A stretch of DNA of 63,551 nt, counting the filler, from Stramenopiles sp. TOSAG23-6 (lineage: Eukaryota): NCBI GenBank assembly GCA_900128565.1. It is 12 parts of 12 records of this genome, joined end to end, with 100 filler letters (N's around TTAATTAATTAA, not from the genome) between each part and the next. Parts side by side here need not be neighbours in the genome. Positions count along the whole stretch, not along the records: positions 49,491 to 57,591 come from LT636473.1; positions 57,692 to 58,783 come from LT639746.1; positions 58,884 to 59,975 come from LT639747.1; positions 60,076 to 61,167 come from LT639748.1; positions 61,268 to 62,359 come from LT639749.1; positions 62,460 to 63,551 come from LT639750.1; 6 more parts are not named here. One strand, written 5' to 3'. Below the pieces are notes generated by a model. The model ran no database searches and had not been told where the DNA came from. It saw only the letters and a list, made by a program, of their open reading frames with translations. Made by a program: the position numbers and the translations under genes. Shown piece by piece: positions 54,085-63,551 of the stretch; position 1 is the first letter of the stretch; each line of letters starts with the position of its first letter.

Positions 54085-56202
54085 ATGAAAATCCAACCAG
54101 AGAGTACATCTGGTAATAGTGCAAATGCATATTTACTACAATCCAAAGTAGCCGAACATGGAGTAGTAGCTATAAAAGAAGAAAAAACTTCATTGGAAGA
54201 GGCTCGAGAAGAGTCTGACGCTCGTTTGTTACAACAGGCAAAAGAGATGAATTCTACTAATTCTACGAATAAACAAGAACTTAAGCAAGGACCTATGGGT
54301 ACTTCAACGAACGCAATGCCCAAAGGTCAATATTTTATAAATCCATATTCAGATTTTATGAAAAAATGGGACAATTTCATTATGATATTATTATTATTTA
54401 CCGCTGCTGTTACTCCTTTTGAAGTTGCTTTNATGGGTGAAACAAGAGTAGATTTATTATTTTTTGTGAATAGAATTGTTGATTTAGGTTTCACAGTGGA
54501 TATGTTTTTTCAATTTAATCTTGGATTTCCAGATCCTGAAACAAATGAAATCATTTATCATCATGGCGCAATTGCACATCGATACTTAACAACGTGGTTT
54601 TTGATAGATTTTGTATCAATTTTACCATTTGATATTGTAGCAATGAATATTAATACAGAAGATATGGATGTATCTCAATTAAAGATTGTTCGTACAATTC
54701 GTTTGTTGAGATTGATTAAGTTGTTGCGTGTGNTGAGGTCATCAAGAATATTAAAAAGAATTGAACATTCTTTAGGTTGGTCCTTTGTCACATTTGCTTT
54801 AATTAAATTTGTTATTGCATTATTTGTTACGATGCATTGGGTTGCATGTATTTGGGGTATATGTCCATCAATGTCATCATCCGCATTAAATTGGTATACA
54901 GAATTTGGTATGGAATATGCAACTACAGGAGATCGTTATGCTGCTGCTGTAGAATTTGCTATGATGTCATTTGTTGTAGGATATGGATCATTTACACCAA
55001 CTACGACAGGTGAACGTGTTGTTGCTTTATTCTGTATGTTTTTATCAGGTAGTATATACGCTTATATTATTGGTGCAATATGTCAGGCAGTGTCGATGAG
55101 AGATCCAGGAACTCAAAAATTTCATCAAACTATGGATTTATTAAATATGTACATGACAGAAATCAGAATGCCACCAGATGATCGAATTCGTATGAGAGAA
55201 TTTGTACATAATTGTAAAGGTTTACAAAGACAAGAATTTTATCAAGAAGTTCTTCGAGTCTTATCACCAAAATTACAGGGTGAATTTGCAATGCGTACAA
55301 CAGGTCAATGGATTGAACAAGTTCCATTTTTTTGTTGTGACGAAACAGAAGAGAGAAGGCGATTTGTAGTTGATGTTGCATTAACGTTAAGTCGTAGAGC
55401 ATATACTCGTGGTGAAATTTTATTTAAGATAAATGAAACAGCAGATTTGATGTTTATAGTTGCTCAAGGTGTGATTGGTGCAAAAGGNAGTATACTTCGA
55501 TCAGGTGATTTTGTNGGCGAAGATATGATTATGCAGANTGGTCTACGTACGTATAGAGCAACGGCAATGACATTTGTTGATACGCAAACACTTTCAAGAG
55601 ATAACTTATTTAGAGTATTAGAAAGAGGTGATTTTCCTGAAACAGAAAAANTAATTCATATTGCAGCACTTCGATTAGCAATCAAAAGATACTTTAAAAA
55701 ATTGGTGACTACTATACAGTCGGGTNATGCTTTCGCAAGCAAGAAAAAAATGACGGAAGAAGAAATTTCAGAGTGGAAACTTCAAATGAAAAAAAAATCA
55801 TCAGAAAAGTCATTATTGGCTTCTCCACTAGGAAAAAGAAAAAAACAGAAAGAAGAAAAAACAGAAAGTGATGAAAAAGTACATGCAGATCCAATTCGAT
55901 CTTGTTTACAAGAATCAATTACAAAAGAAGTAGACTTAAATTCTTTATTACAAAAGCTTGAAAATATGTCCCGTGGAATAAAGCTTTTACAATCTGCAGT
56001 TACAGCTACTGCACAAAATATCCATGAATTACAGTCTGATTTTAGTACACATTTAGGTATTGGAAAAGATACAAGAAATGTTGAGTCTAGAAAATATCCA
56101 GAAATTAATGGTGATGATGAAAGTTGGAGNCCATCAACACCAAATATACAAAATATCGATATTTTGGAAGATTTGAAAGAGGGTATTTCACGTCGTATTT
56201 AA
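54085..56202 (+). CDS. Cyclic-nucleotide-binding-domain voltage-gated K+ channel (EAG/HCN-like)
   Basis: S4 RTIRLLRLIKLLR, pore VGYGS, C-linker, CNBD GD.xGE...RTYRATA. Confidence 0.92.
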   Translation: MKIQPESTSGNSANAYLLQSKVAEHGVVAIKEEKTSLEEAREESDARLLQQAKEMNSTNSTNKQELKQGPMGTSTNAMPKGQYFINPYSDFMKKWDNFIMILLLFTAAVTPFEVAXMGETRVDLLFFVNRIVDLGFTVDMFFQFNLGFPDPETNEIIYHHGAIAHRYLTTWFLIDFVSILPFDIVAMNINTEDMDVSQLKIVRTIRLLRLIKLLRVXRSSRILKRIEHSLGWSFVTFALIKFVIALFVTMHWVACIWGICPSMSSSALNWYTEFGMEYATTGDRYAAAVEFAMMSFVVGYGSFTPTTTGERVVALFCMFLSGSIYAYIIGAICQAVSMRDPGTQKFHQTMDLLNMYMTEIRMPPDDRIRMREFVHNCKGLQRQEFYQEVLRVLSPKLQGEFAMRTTGQWIEQVPFFCCDETEERRRFVVDVALTLSRRAYTRGEILFKINETADLMFIVAQGVIGAKXSILRSGDFXGEDMIMQXGLRTYRATAMTFVDTQTLSRDNLFRVLERGDFPETEKXIHIAALRLAIKRYFKKLVTTIQSGXAFASKKKMTEEEISEWKLQMKKKSSEKSLLASPLGKRKKQKEEKTESDEKVHADPIRSCLQESITKEVDLNSLLQKLENMSRGIKLLQSAVTATAQNIHELQSDFSTHLGIGKDTRNVESRKYPEINGDDESWXPSTPNIQNIDILEDLKEGISRRI

Positions 56203-56424
56203 ATGTAGTAAAAAAAAANTAAAAAAATCTTTTTTTTACTAGCATTTGCTGTTCTGTTAAACTGAATTTCGGAATTTATTTTTTAATTTATTTTTTCGGA
56301 ATTTTTCCAAGATCTCTCAGATCGTCTAAAAACGAGTCTAAAAAGTATCTTTTTTTACTCGAAAAACTTTCACAAATAACATTACACATGGTTGCTATAA
56401 TNTACAAGTAGTGTAGTACATTAA

Positions 56425-57036
56425 ATGGCTAGCATTTATCACGAGCATATCGCTTGGAAAAAGAAAATTTACGCCGACCGAAAGAAACGTAAAGCAAAAA
56501 AACTTCAAGAAGAGCGAGCGAAGCATCAAGAGTCTTGCACATTTAAGCCAACTATTACTGAATATAAACCTCATGTTCAACAAAAGGTAAGTATTCCCCA
56601 GCACAAATCTTGTTTGCAACACAAATGGCGACAAGANCGGGCGCGAATACAACGAAAACAAGAGGAAGAATTGANACAGCATAGAAGTTATGCGTCAAGC
56701 CGAGGAGTTACTAAATCAAACTGGGACTCAAGTTCTTCACAAAAAAAAACTGAGAAGCTACAACAAAATTCAAATAATCATTTAAATAATAGTAAANAAA
56801 GNCATGACCTGTCAAAAAAGACNAAAAAAGAGCTACTTATGTACGCTATTACTTTAAAAAAGGATCATGAATATAAGCTGAAAGAACAAGAACTTTTTCT
56901 CCGAGACAAATTCCAGAAAAGACTTCATGATCTTTCAGTACAATGGATGCAGAGTAAAGATAATCTTTTACAACGCATAAATAAGTTAGAAAAGTATTTT
57001 CAAGAAAGTGNAGATTATAATCAAGGCAATAAATAA
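56425..57036 (+). CDS. Hypothetical coiled-coil protein
   Basis: 203-aa ORF, CTFKPTI motif. Confidence 0.6.
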   Translation: MASIYHEHIAWKKKIYADRKKRKAKKLQEERAKHQESCTFKPTITEYKPHVQQKVSIPQHKSCLQHKWRQXRARIQRKQEEELXQHRSYASSRGVTKSNWDSSSSQKKTEKLQQNSNNHLNNSKXXHDLSKKXKKELLMYAITLKKDHEYKLKEQELFLRDKFQKRLHDLSVQWMQSKDNLLQRINKLEKYFQESXDYNQGNK

Positions 57037-57077
57037 ATTTATATGAGATTTTATCTATATTTCAAAACTAGTATACA

Positions 57078-57591
57078 TTATATTATATGATCTGTAACTT
57101 CAAATNAAGTACTTAAACTATCCATCATGCTTATTGTTGCTTGTAGCTCAACTCTGGCTTTGCGCAACTCTTCACTTATATTGTTCTCATCTTTTTGAAA
57201 TTTTTTACTAACCTTGTTTACAATAGAATTTGTACCAATTGCTCCTTGTAAGGTTTCTTGAAGAGTCAGTTTTTGTACGCGTAATTTCAGTCTATTTCTA
57301 TTACTTAATAAATTATCTAGAAGACTTATAGTAATACTACCATCTGATTTATTATTTGCATTATTTTCATTATTTTCATTGTATTGAATTTCTGATGTAT
57401 TAAAATCCAATAGTTCAGATGATTTTGGTTGTGTATTAATAAAATTATTCGATGTATTGTTTATGTGGTCTGTATTATTATTATTATTATACATTGAATT
57501 ATTTTGATAGTGTCCATTATTATCATTATCATTATTATTATTATTGTGGGTAAATGTTTTCTTCGACGGAGAAGTGTTACAAATATTTCCT
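57078..57591 (-). CDS. C-terminal fragment of an Asn-rich coiled-coil protein
   Basis: Open frame from the contig end to a stop at 57078. Confidence 0.5.
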
Positions 57592-58729
57592 NNNNNNNNN
57601 NNNNNNNNNNNNNNNNNNNNNNNNNNNNNNNNNNNTTAATTAATTAANNNNNNNNNNNNNNNNNNNNNNNNNNNNNNNNNNNNNNNNNNNNACACTGTTC
57701 AACACGAAATCAAAGTGAAAATACTAAAACACGAAATCAAAGTGAAAATGGTACAACACGAAGTGTACAAAATGTACAAAATGTAAGTGACAATGTTCAA
57801 AAATTATTCGATATCGGAGAAGAATGGAATGCAATTGTTAATAAAATCATCTTAATGGTATTATCTGATGCTTTACCAGGTGGTACTGATACTATATCAA
57901 GCAAAAATTTTGAAAAAAATGGGCAATCGAATTCACATTTTGAAAACAATTTAAAATTAAATTCAAAAGTGAAAAAAAAAATACAAAAAATAAGAAATGT
58001 GTCTGAAATTTTATGGGTTGAACAAGACACAAAACGTCGAATATTTCGTGTTATCGGAGTGTTGTGTGTATTGGGTGGAATCACTGAAGTAATACGGGAA
58101 GGCGGTCGCGTTCAAATGTTTGTTTTTCAATTTCAAATTTATAATTTATAACTTTTTTTTTTTTTTTTGAAAATTTTTACAGAAAAAAAATTTTTTTTTT
58201 TTTCAAAATTTTTTTTTTTTTTCATATGAAATTTTCATAGAAAACAAATTCTGAATTTTTTTTTTTCAATGTTTTACAATTTTTGTACATTCATCAATTG
58301 TATACATTGTTAATACCTAACCCTCATCATAATACTTACATAAATTGACACGAAATACAGATCAATTGATAATGGTTCGCTCAATCAATTTGGCGTTTTG
58401 ATTGTGGAAGCAACATTTAGGGTTAGGGTTGTTCTTGATAACAACACGAAATCTAAAAATAATCAAAATATGTCTTCCCATTCACTTTCATCATCAAGCC
58501 TAAGTATGAATACTATAGAGAACCCTAACCCTAACACAAAAAATACAACACGAAATCATAGAGATGAGTGCATTACGTTGGACAAGAGTGTAATTGAAAG
58601 TATTCCATGTATGTCATTTAAAAAAAAATGATTTCAATATTATTTTTTTGAACAACAAAATTGAAATTTTTTTTTTTCTTTTTACGATTAAAATTTTTTT
58701 TTTTTTTTTTTTTATAGTAAATTTTTTAC

Positions 58730-58772
<43 letters not shown>

Positions 58773-59210
58773 TTTTTAAAAAANNNNNNNNNNNNNNNNN
58801 NNNNNNNNNNNNNNNNNNNNNNNNNNNTTAATTAATTAANNNNNNNNNNNNNNNNNNNNNNNNNNNNNNNNNNNNNNNNNNNNTCGTAAAAAGTTTGATC
58901 CATCTGCAGAACTCAAATATGGCATCATAGTAGAATTTTCTAACTTGAATCGGGTACAGTGCAACACTGAGTATGGTAGTGACACCTGTAGGGCACTACC
59001 TTTGCTAAAAGTACCTTGAACAAGGAAAAGTCAAGTCTCACGGTTAGTTACGGTTACAAAACGAAAAGGACACTATATTTGCCGATTTTTTGAAAAAAGA
59101 TTGGGTGCCGCGGTCAAAGATATGACAATTGCAAACCATTACTGGTTTCCTCTACGCAAACGTTCTTCCACGTAATTATTGTACCTCCAGAAGAAAAGCT
59201 TACTTGGCAC

Positions 59211-59975
59211 TTGGATGAAGCTGACTGCTTTTCAGACTGGACAATTGTAGTCAAGACTGAAGGGAGTGATGATAGTGGCACATCATATCATTGTCACAAA
59301 AATATAATCGCAGGAGGGGAACGTCGGCTAAAGTATTTTGAAACTCTATTTAGATCTTCTTCATTTTCTGAGCATGGAAACAATGAGAGTACACTGGTTT
59401 TCAAAAAAACAGCAGCCGCAGCTTTTCCTACTCTTCTTAATTTTGTTTATAGTGGTACATTGGATGCAACTACGGATAACGCGGTTCCTTTGTTTTTTCT
59501 TGCAAATTATTTTAATTGTGTTGCACTTGATAAAGCAGTAAAAAAATTTATGGACAAAGATCTTTGTATTCACCCCAAGGCAGCTGTATATGTTTGGCAT
59601 GCATTTAATTATGACTTGACAAAGCTTCTAGCAGTAGCAGTGAAAAATACCACAGATTTTTTATTAACCAAATTGAACAAATCAGATTCAGAGTTGATGA
59701 AGCAATATAATGCTATAAACAGACATACAATAATGCATTTTCCGATGAAAGTATTTCTTAAGATCTGGGCACGTATAGAAAAGCATGTGAAAGAAAATTG
59801 GAATACAATGTACACTGGTAAGTATATAAATCATTATTATTATCACCAAGCTGTTGCTGTGTATTGTTTTTATAATTTAGACAACGGAAAAGTCGATTCA
59901 TCATTTATCGATAGAGTTGCAAATTCTACTATGATGCCATATTTGAGTTCTGCAGATGGATCAAACTTTTTACGA
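59211..59975 (+). CDS. BTB/POZ domain protein, truncated
   Basis: FSDWTIVV...YHCHKNII...YFETLF...FPTLLNFVYSG. Confidence 0.85.
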
Positions 59976-60077
59976 NNNNNNNNNNNNNNNNNNNNNNNNN
60001 NNNNNNNNNNNNNNNNNNNTTAATTAATTAANNNNNNNNNNNNNNNNNNNNNNNNNNNNNNNNNNNNNNNNNNNNAA

Positions 60078-61167
60078 GTGAACTTACCGACACTTGTTAT
60101 CAAATGTGTAGATGAAAATGAAAAGGATCCCGAGGACGAAGACCACCAAGTGAGGAATTTCTACTTGTGTGGTTACATTGACCCTAACCCTAACCCTATT
60201 GAGATACCGCTCATATACAGCGGAAGCCCACACTTGGACGGAGATAATATCGAAGAAGAAAACAGATTTTATATCGATTTACACCTAAAGGACCACGAAG
60301 GAGATATATACGACGAAAAACATTATGAAACACAAATCACCAGATCATGGCTTCTAAAAAACGTTAAGAAATTTACACCTGAGTTTAAAACATTATTCAA
60401 TGATATGAAATTTGAGTTCAGCAAGAAATTTTTTCGATACTCTGCGGCTCCAGTGGATAAATCCAAAGCGAGAGAACAGATGAAGCTTTTTAAAGAAATG
60501 CTACTGGAACAAACGATATATTTTGTGTCGTCTGTGCCGCCAACCTTGGGCTTGGTGCCGTATACAAAAGCAACAACAAAAAGTTCAGTAAAGGCCTTTT
60601 TAGCATTTCCGCAAGCTCATCTTGTTACAGTGTATGATAAAAAAGAAGAAACAATGGAATCTTTTCATCACACCGCTTGCCACTTTTGTAGAATTGTGAA
60701 TCGAGAACATTCCGTGTGTTTTGATAGAGATGTCGACGAAAAACGCCCTAACCATAATTGGCCAAAAGTAAGGAAAACAGTAAGGAAAAGATATGAAAAA
60801 TTAGTTTTGCAAGAATATCAAAAATATTCAGCCATATGTATCGAAAATAATTTTTCACAGACGTTCAATGTCCAAAACAAAAACAACAAAAACTCCTTTT
60901 GTGATGAGACTTCACATAAACATCATTCCGCTGGACTTCGTGATGAGACTTCACATAAACATCATTCCGCTGGACTTCGTGAATTCTGTACACCAGATCC
61001 ATGGCATTGTAGTGTATGCAAGAAAGTTGAGGTGAGATCGGATGTAGCAAAATTTGTGATGACAGCCGAGCGTCCTGATATATTTAAAATTAAAGACTTT
61101 ACACAAATGTCTGACAAAAAAAAAGGAAAAAGCAGGGATATATTTGACGAAAACAAAAAACAGGCAT
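60078..61167 (+). CDS. Hypothetical protein fragment (open across the whole contig)
   Basis: Stop-free frame; CHFC and HCSVC motifs; 39-nt tandem duplication at 60901-60978. Confidence 0.55.
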
Positions 61168-61267
61168 NNNNNNNNNNNNNNNNNNNNNNNNNNNNNNNNN
61201 NNNNNNNNNNNTTAATTAATTAANNNNNNNNNNNNNNNNNNNNNNNNNNNNNNNNNNNNNNNNNNNN

Positions 61268-61770
61268 CTGGAAATGTTAACAATTTGCCTGTCGTAAGCG
61301 CATTAACAGAGATACCAGATACGCTAAAACCGACAATACTGCAAGCAGACTTAGACTACGGGACCGGATTGCTTTTATTAACGGCCAGCGAAACGCTTCT
61401 TTCGGAGATTAATATGAACAACATATACATTGAAGATCTTGAAGGGGATTTAAAGATACAAATCACCAGTTCAACTGTAAAAGACGGCATTTCCGTTCAG
61501 ATGGAGTTACAATTACAAGAACACCAGCGGGCAAAGGCAATCGCTATTTCTAATACAAAAGGCGGTGGCGATCAGCAGCTTGGTGACGGCACTCCGGTAC
61601 AATTGTTTGTCATGGAATTTGCCGTAAAAGACGTGGTTGGGAATTATAACAAAAATTTGAGCAGAATCGTGGTGCACGAAACGGAAGATAGTATTCTTCC
61701 CAACACATCGAGTGTTTTCTTAGATTTTTCGTTGGGTGTCATCACCGGTGCCCGGGTCGATTCCCGCTGA
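61268..61770 (+). CDS. Fragment of a large repetitive surface-type protein
   Basis: Two similar units, E..D...P......LDY/F..G.L/I; ends abruptly. Confidence 0.5.
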
Positions 61771-62459
61771 AACACTGATTGCGGCTTTGAGTTACCCGTT
61801 ACATGAACCCTAAACCGCACTCCACCCTCCGCTGCCATCACTTTCGTCTGACCATCTTCGTAAAGCCTTTCGTCCCCGTATATATTGTAATCCTCAAACG
61901 ACTCCATTGATGCGCACAATGATTAAACAATCCAAAGATAACAAAAGCTGGTGAAAAGACACTTTCCTCAAGTGCAATTATCTGGCTTCATGTGCAATTT
62001 CCGCTTTGCAATGTGTAAAACAGATCGCAATAAAAGATCGCAATAAAATATTATATTAATATATAATTATATAAAATTAATTAATAATAAAAAAAACATA
62101 ATAAAAAAAAATAATATTATTATTTTGAAAAGAGAAAAGAGAAGAAGAAGGTGTAACGGATAACAACAGTGGTGGGTGGGTGATTGTAAAATTATTATAA
62201 TATAATTTACTTATTAAAAAATATAATTCTTGGTATATTTTTTTAGGTAAAATTATACCATTATACCTACTATAACTACTATCAACTAAACCATTCAACA
62301 AAAAGTACTGACTTTTTTATTTACTAATTAACAAGCTCAACAAGCAATAAAACGATTTGNNNNNNNNNNNNNNNNNNNNNNNNNNNNNNNNNNNNNNNNN
62401 NNNTTAATTAATTAANNNNNNNNNNNNNNNNNNNNNNNNNNNNNNNNNNNNNNNNNNNN

Positions 62460-63528
62460 CCTCATGAAAACGCCATTGAAGAACTTCGGAAACTGCAAAT
62501 ATTAAAGACGTCATCAGATGATCCAGATACTGTATGGCTTCATAAAAGTTTTCAAGTACAGTTGAAAACAGCTGTAAGTGAGTTGTGCACACCATGGCAA
62601 CCTGTGACAGAAGTTCAAGACGGAGAAGCAAAAATTCCTACAGAGGCATCTCTCATGGAAATGGCAACAAAGAAGTGGGATGCCGTTTTGCATTATTTGG
62701 TTGGCTCGTGGGACTCATGCGAGAGGAAACGAGTAAAAATTCAAAGAAAGACGAAATATCAACAAGTAAAGGTAAAGGTAAAGGAGGAGTAAAATTAACA
62801 GTAACAGTGAGACGTGCTGCACTTGACAAAGAATCTTCTTTATCATCTATGAAATCTGGTGGTCGAGGACCCCGTTTGATTATAACACATAAAAATGAAA
62901 CCATCACATCTGCAGGATATGAATTTTTGCTTCAAGAAACTAATGCTCAAATTTGGAGATTTTTAAAACGTTATTTTCAAGTATTAAATGGTAGAGATGC
63001 AGATATGGCATCTGCCATTAGTTTAGTGTTTAGGCTAGGATTTTGTGAATTAGGAAAAGGATATCAAACACAATCTTTGTCTCCTACTCAGTTCTCCATG
63101 CTTTCACATTTATCCGATTTTGGTCTAGTTCATATCCAAGATGTCAACGTTCATGGGGAGGGCAAATATCGCGGGAAAATTGGTTTAGTTCGTTGTTTTT
63201 ATCCAACACCTTTCGGTATAAATCTTTTAACAAATCATACTCTACAATCGAATGTACGTTTTCATCATGAATTTCGGAATAATTTTTTTTTCGTACGAAA
63301 TTTTGTACCTAACGATTTTTTTTTCATGTGAATATAGATATAAATGATTCATCGATAACTCGTACTACTTCTCAAACGAGATGCCATTTATTTGTGGAGA
63401 CGAACTTTCGAATATATGCATATACTACATCAGACCTTCATGTGTACATGTTAAAATTATTTGCTAATTTGTTATATCGACTTCCCAATATGGTTTTAGC
63501 GGTGATAAATAGAAAGTCCGCGACTTAT
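62460..63528 (+). CDS. TFB2: TFIIH subunit p52/Tfb2, partial; frame break near 62710; intron 63254-63339
   Basis: WDAVLHYLVG, ITSAGYEFLLQ, DFGLV, FYPT, FVETNFRIYAYT, LPNMV. Confidence 0.9.
63254..63339 (+). mobile_element. Introner-like intron, GT...ATAG-AT
   Basis: AAT|GTACGTTTTC...GAATATAGAT|ATA AAT; splicing at the AG gives ATA TAA (stop). Confidence 0.82.
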
Positions 63529-63551
63529 GTATGTTTTCATCATTCATTTCA
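63529..63551 (+). mobile_element. Introner-like intron, 5' end at the window edge
   Basis: TAT|GTATGTTTTCATCAT. Confidence 0.7.

Noticed and set aside
58884-59975. 55-bp terminal inverted repeats suggesting a DNA transposon carrying a BTB gene
   Set aside because: The repeat is coding sequence of the gene itself, sits at contig ends, and has the same 55-nt length as other end overlaps. This fits a k-mer or amplification-chimera artefact.
8227-62459. Regularly recurring TTAATTAATTAA palindrome
   Set aside because: Always embedded in N runs; an artificial all-frame-stop contig linker.
1-63551. Repeat family as a CRISPR array or as gene-inactivating MITEs
   Set aside because: Copies are dispersed with no spacer periodicity or cas genes, in a eukaryotic context. 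They are always sense-oriented and cleanly removable, with intact flanking ORFs.

Overview
This is AT-rich, gene-dense eukaryotic DNA. Gene content suggests a stramenopile-like protist, which is inference only. The window is about 12 unrelated contigs joined by artificial N-TTAATTAATTAA-N spacers, so gene order across spacers means nothing. It holds about 28 protein genes or fragments, including a Sel1/PAN membrane protein, tepsin-like ENTH protein, TEY MAPK, 7TM receptor, NHE exchanger, METTL21-like methyltransferase, Tgs-like methyltransferase fused to a triphosphatase-like domain, FG-GAP/ASPIC-haem peroxidase fusion, TauD dioxygenase, AAA ATPase, MACPF protein, PKD2-like and CNBD channels, and TFIIH p52. 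One contig is an intact Ty1/copia element assembled as a circle. The main finding is a family of 86-124 nt repeated introns (Introner-like; 19 complete and about 9 partial copies), always sense to the host gene, with consensus GTAYGTTTT...TTTCGTACGAAATTTTGTACCTAAC...AAAATATTTTTCACAATAC-NN. Restoring reading frames and conserved protein motifs places the 3' splice site 2 nt after the terminal ATAC. By that rule 16 of 19 copies end in AT, TT or GT rather than AG, sometimes bypassing an adjacent AG. The terminal NN often equals the 2 nt before the donor, like a 2-bp target-site duplication. Splicing is inferred from DNA only and needs RNA confirmation.
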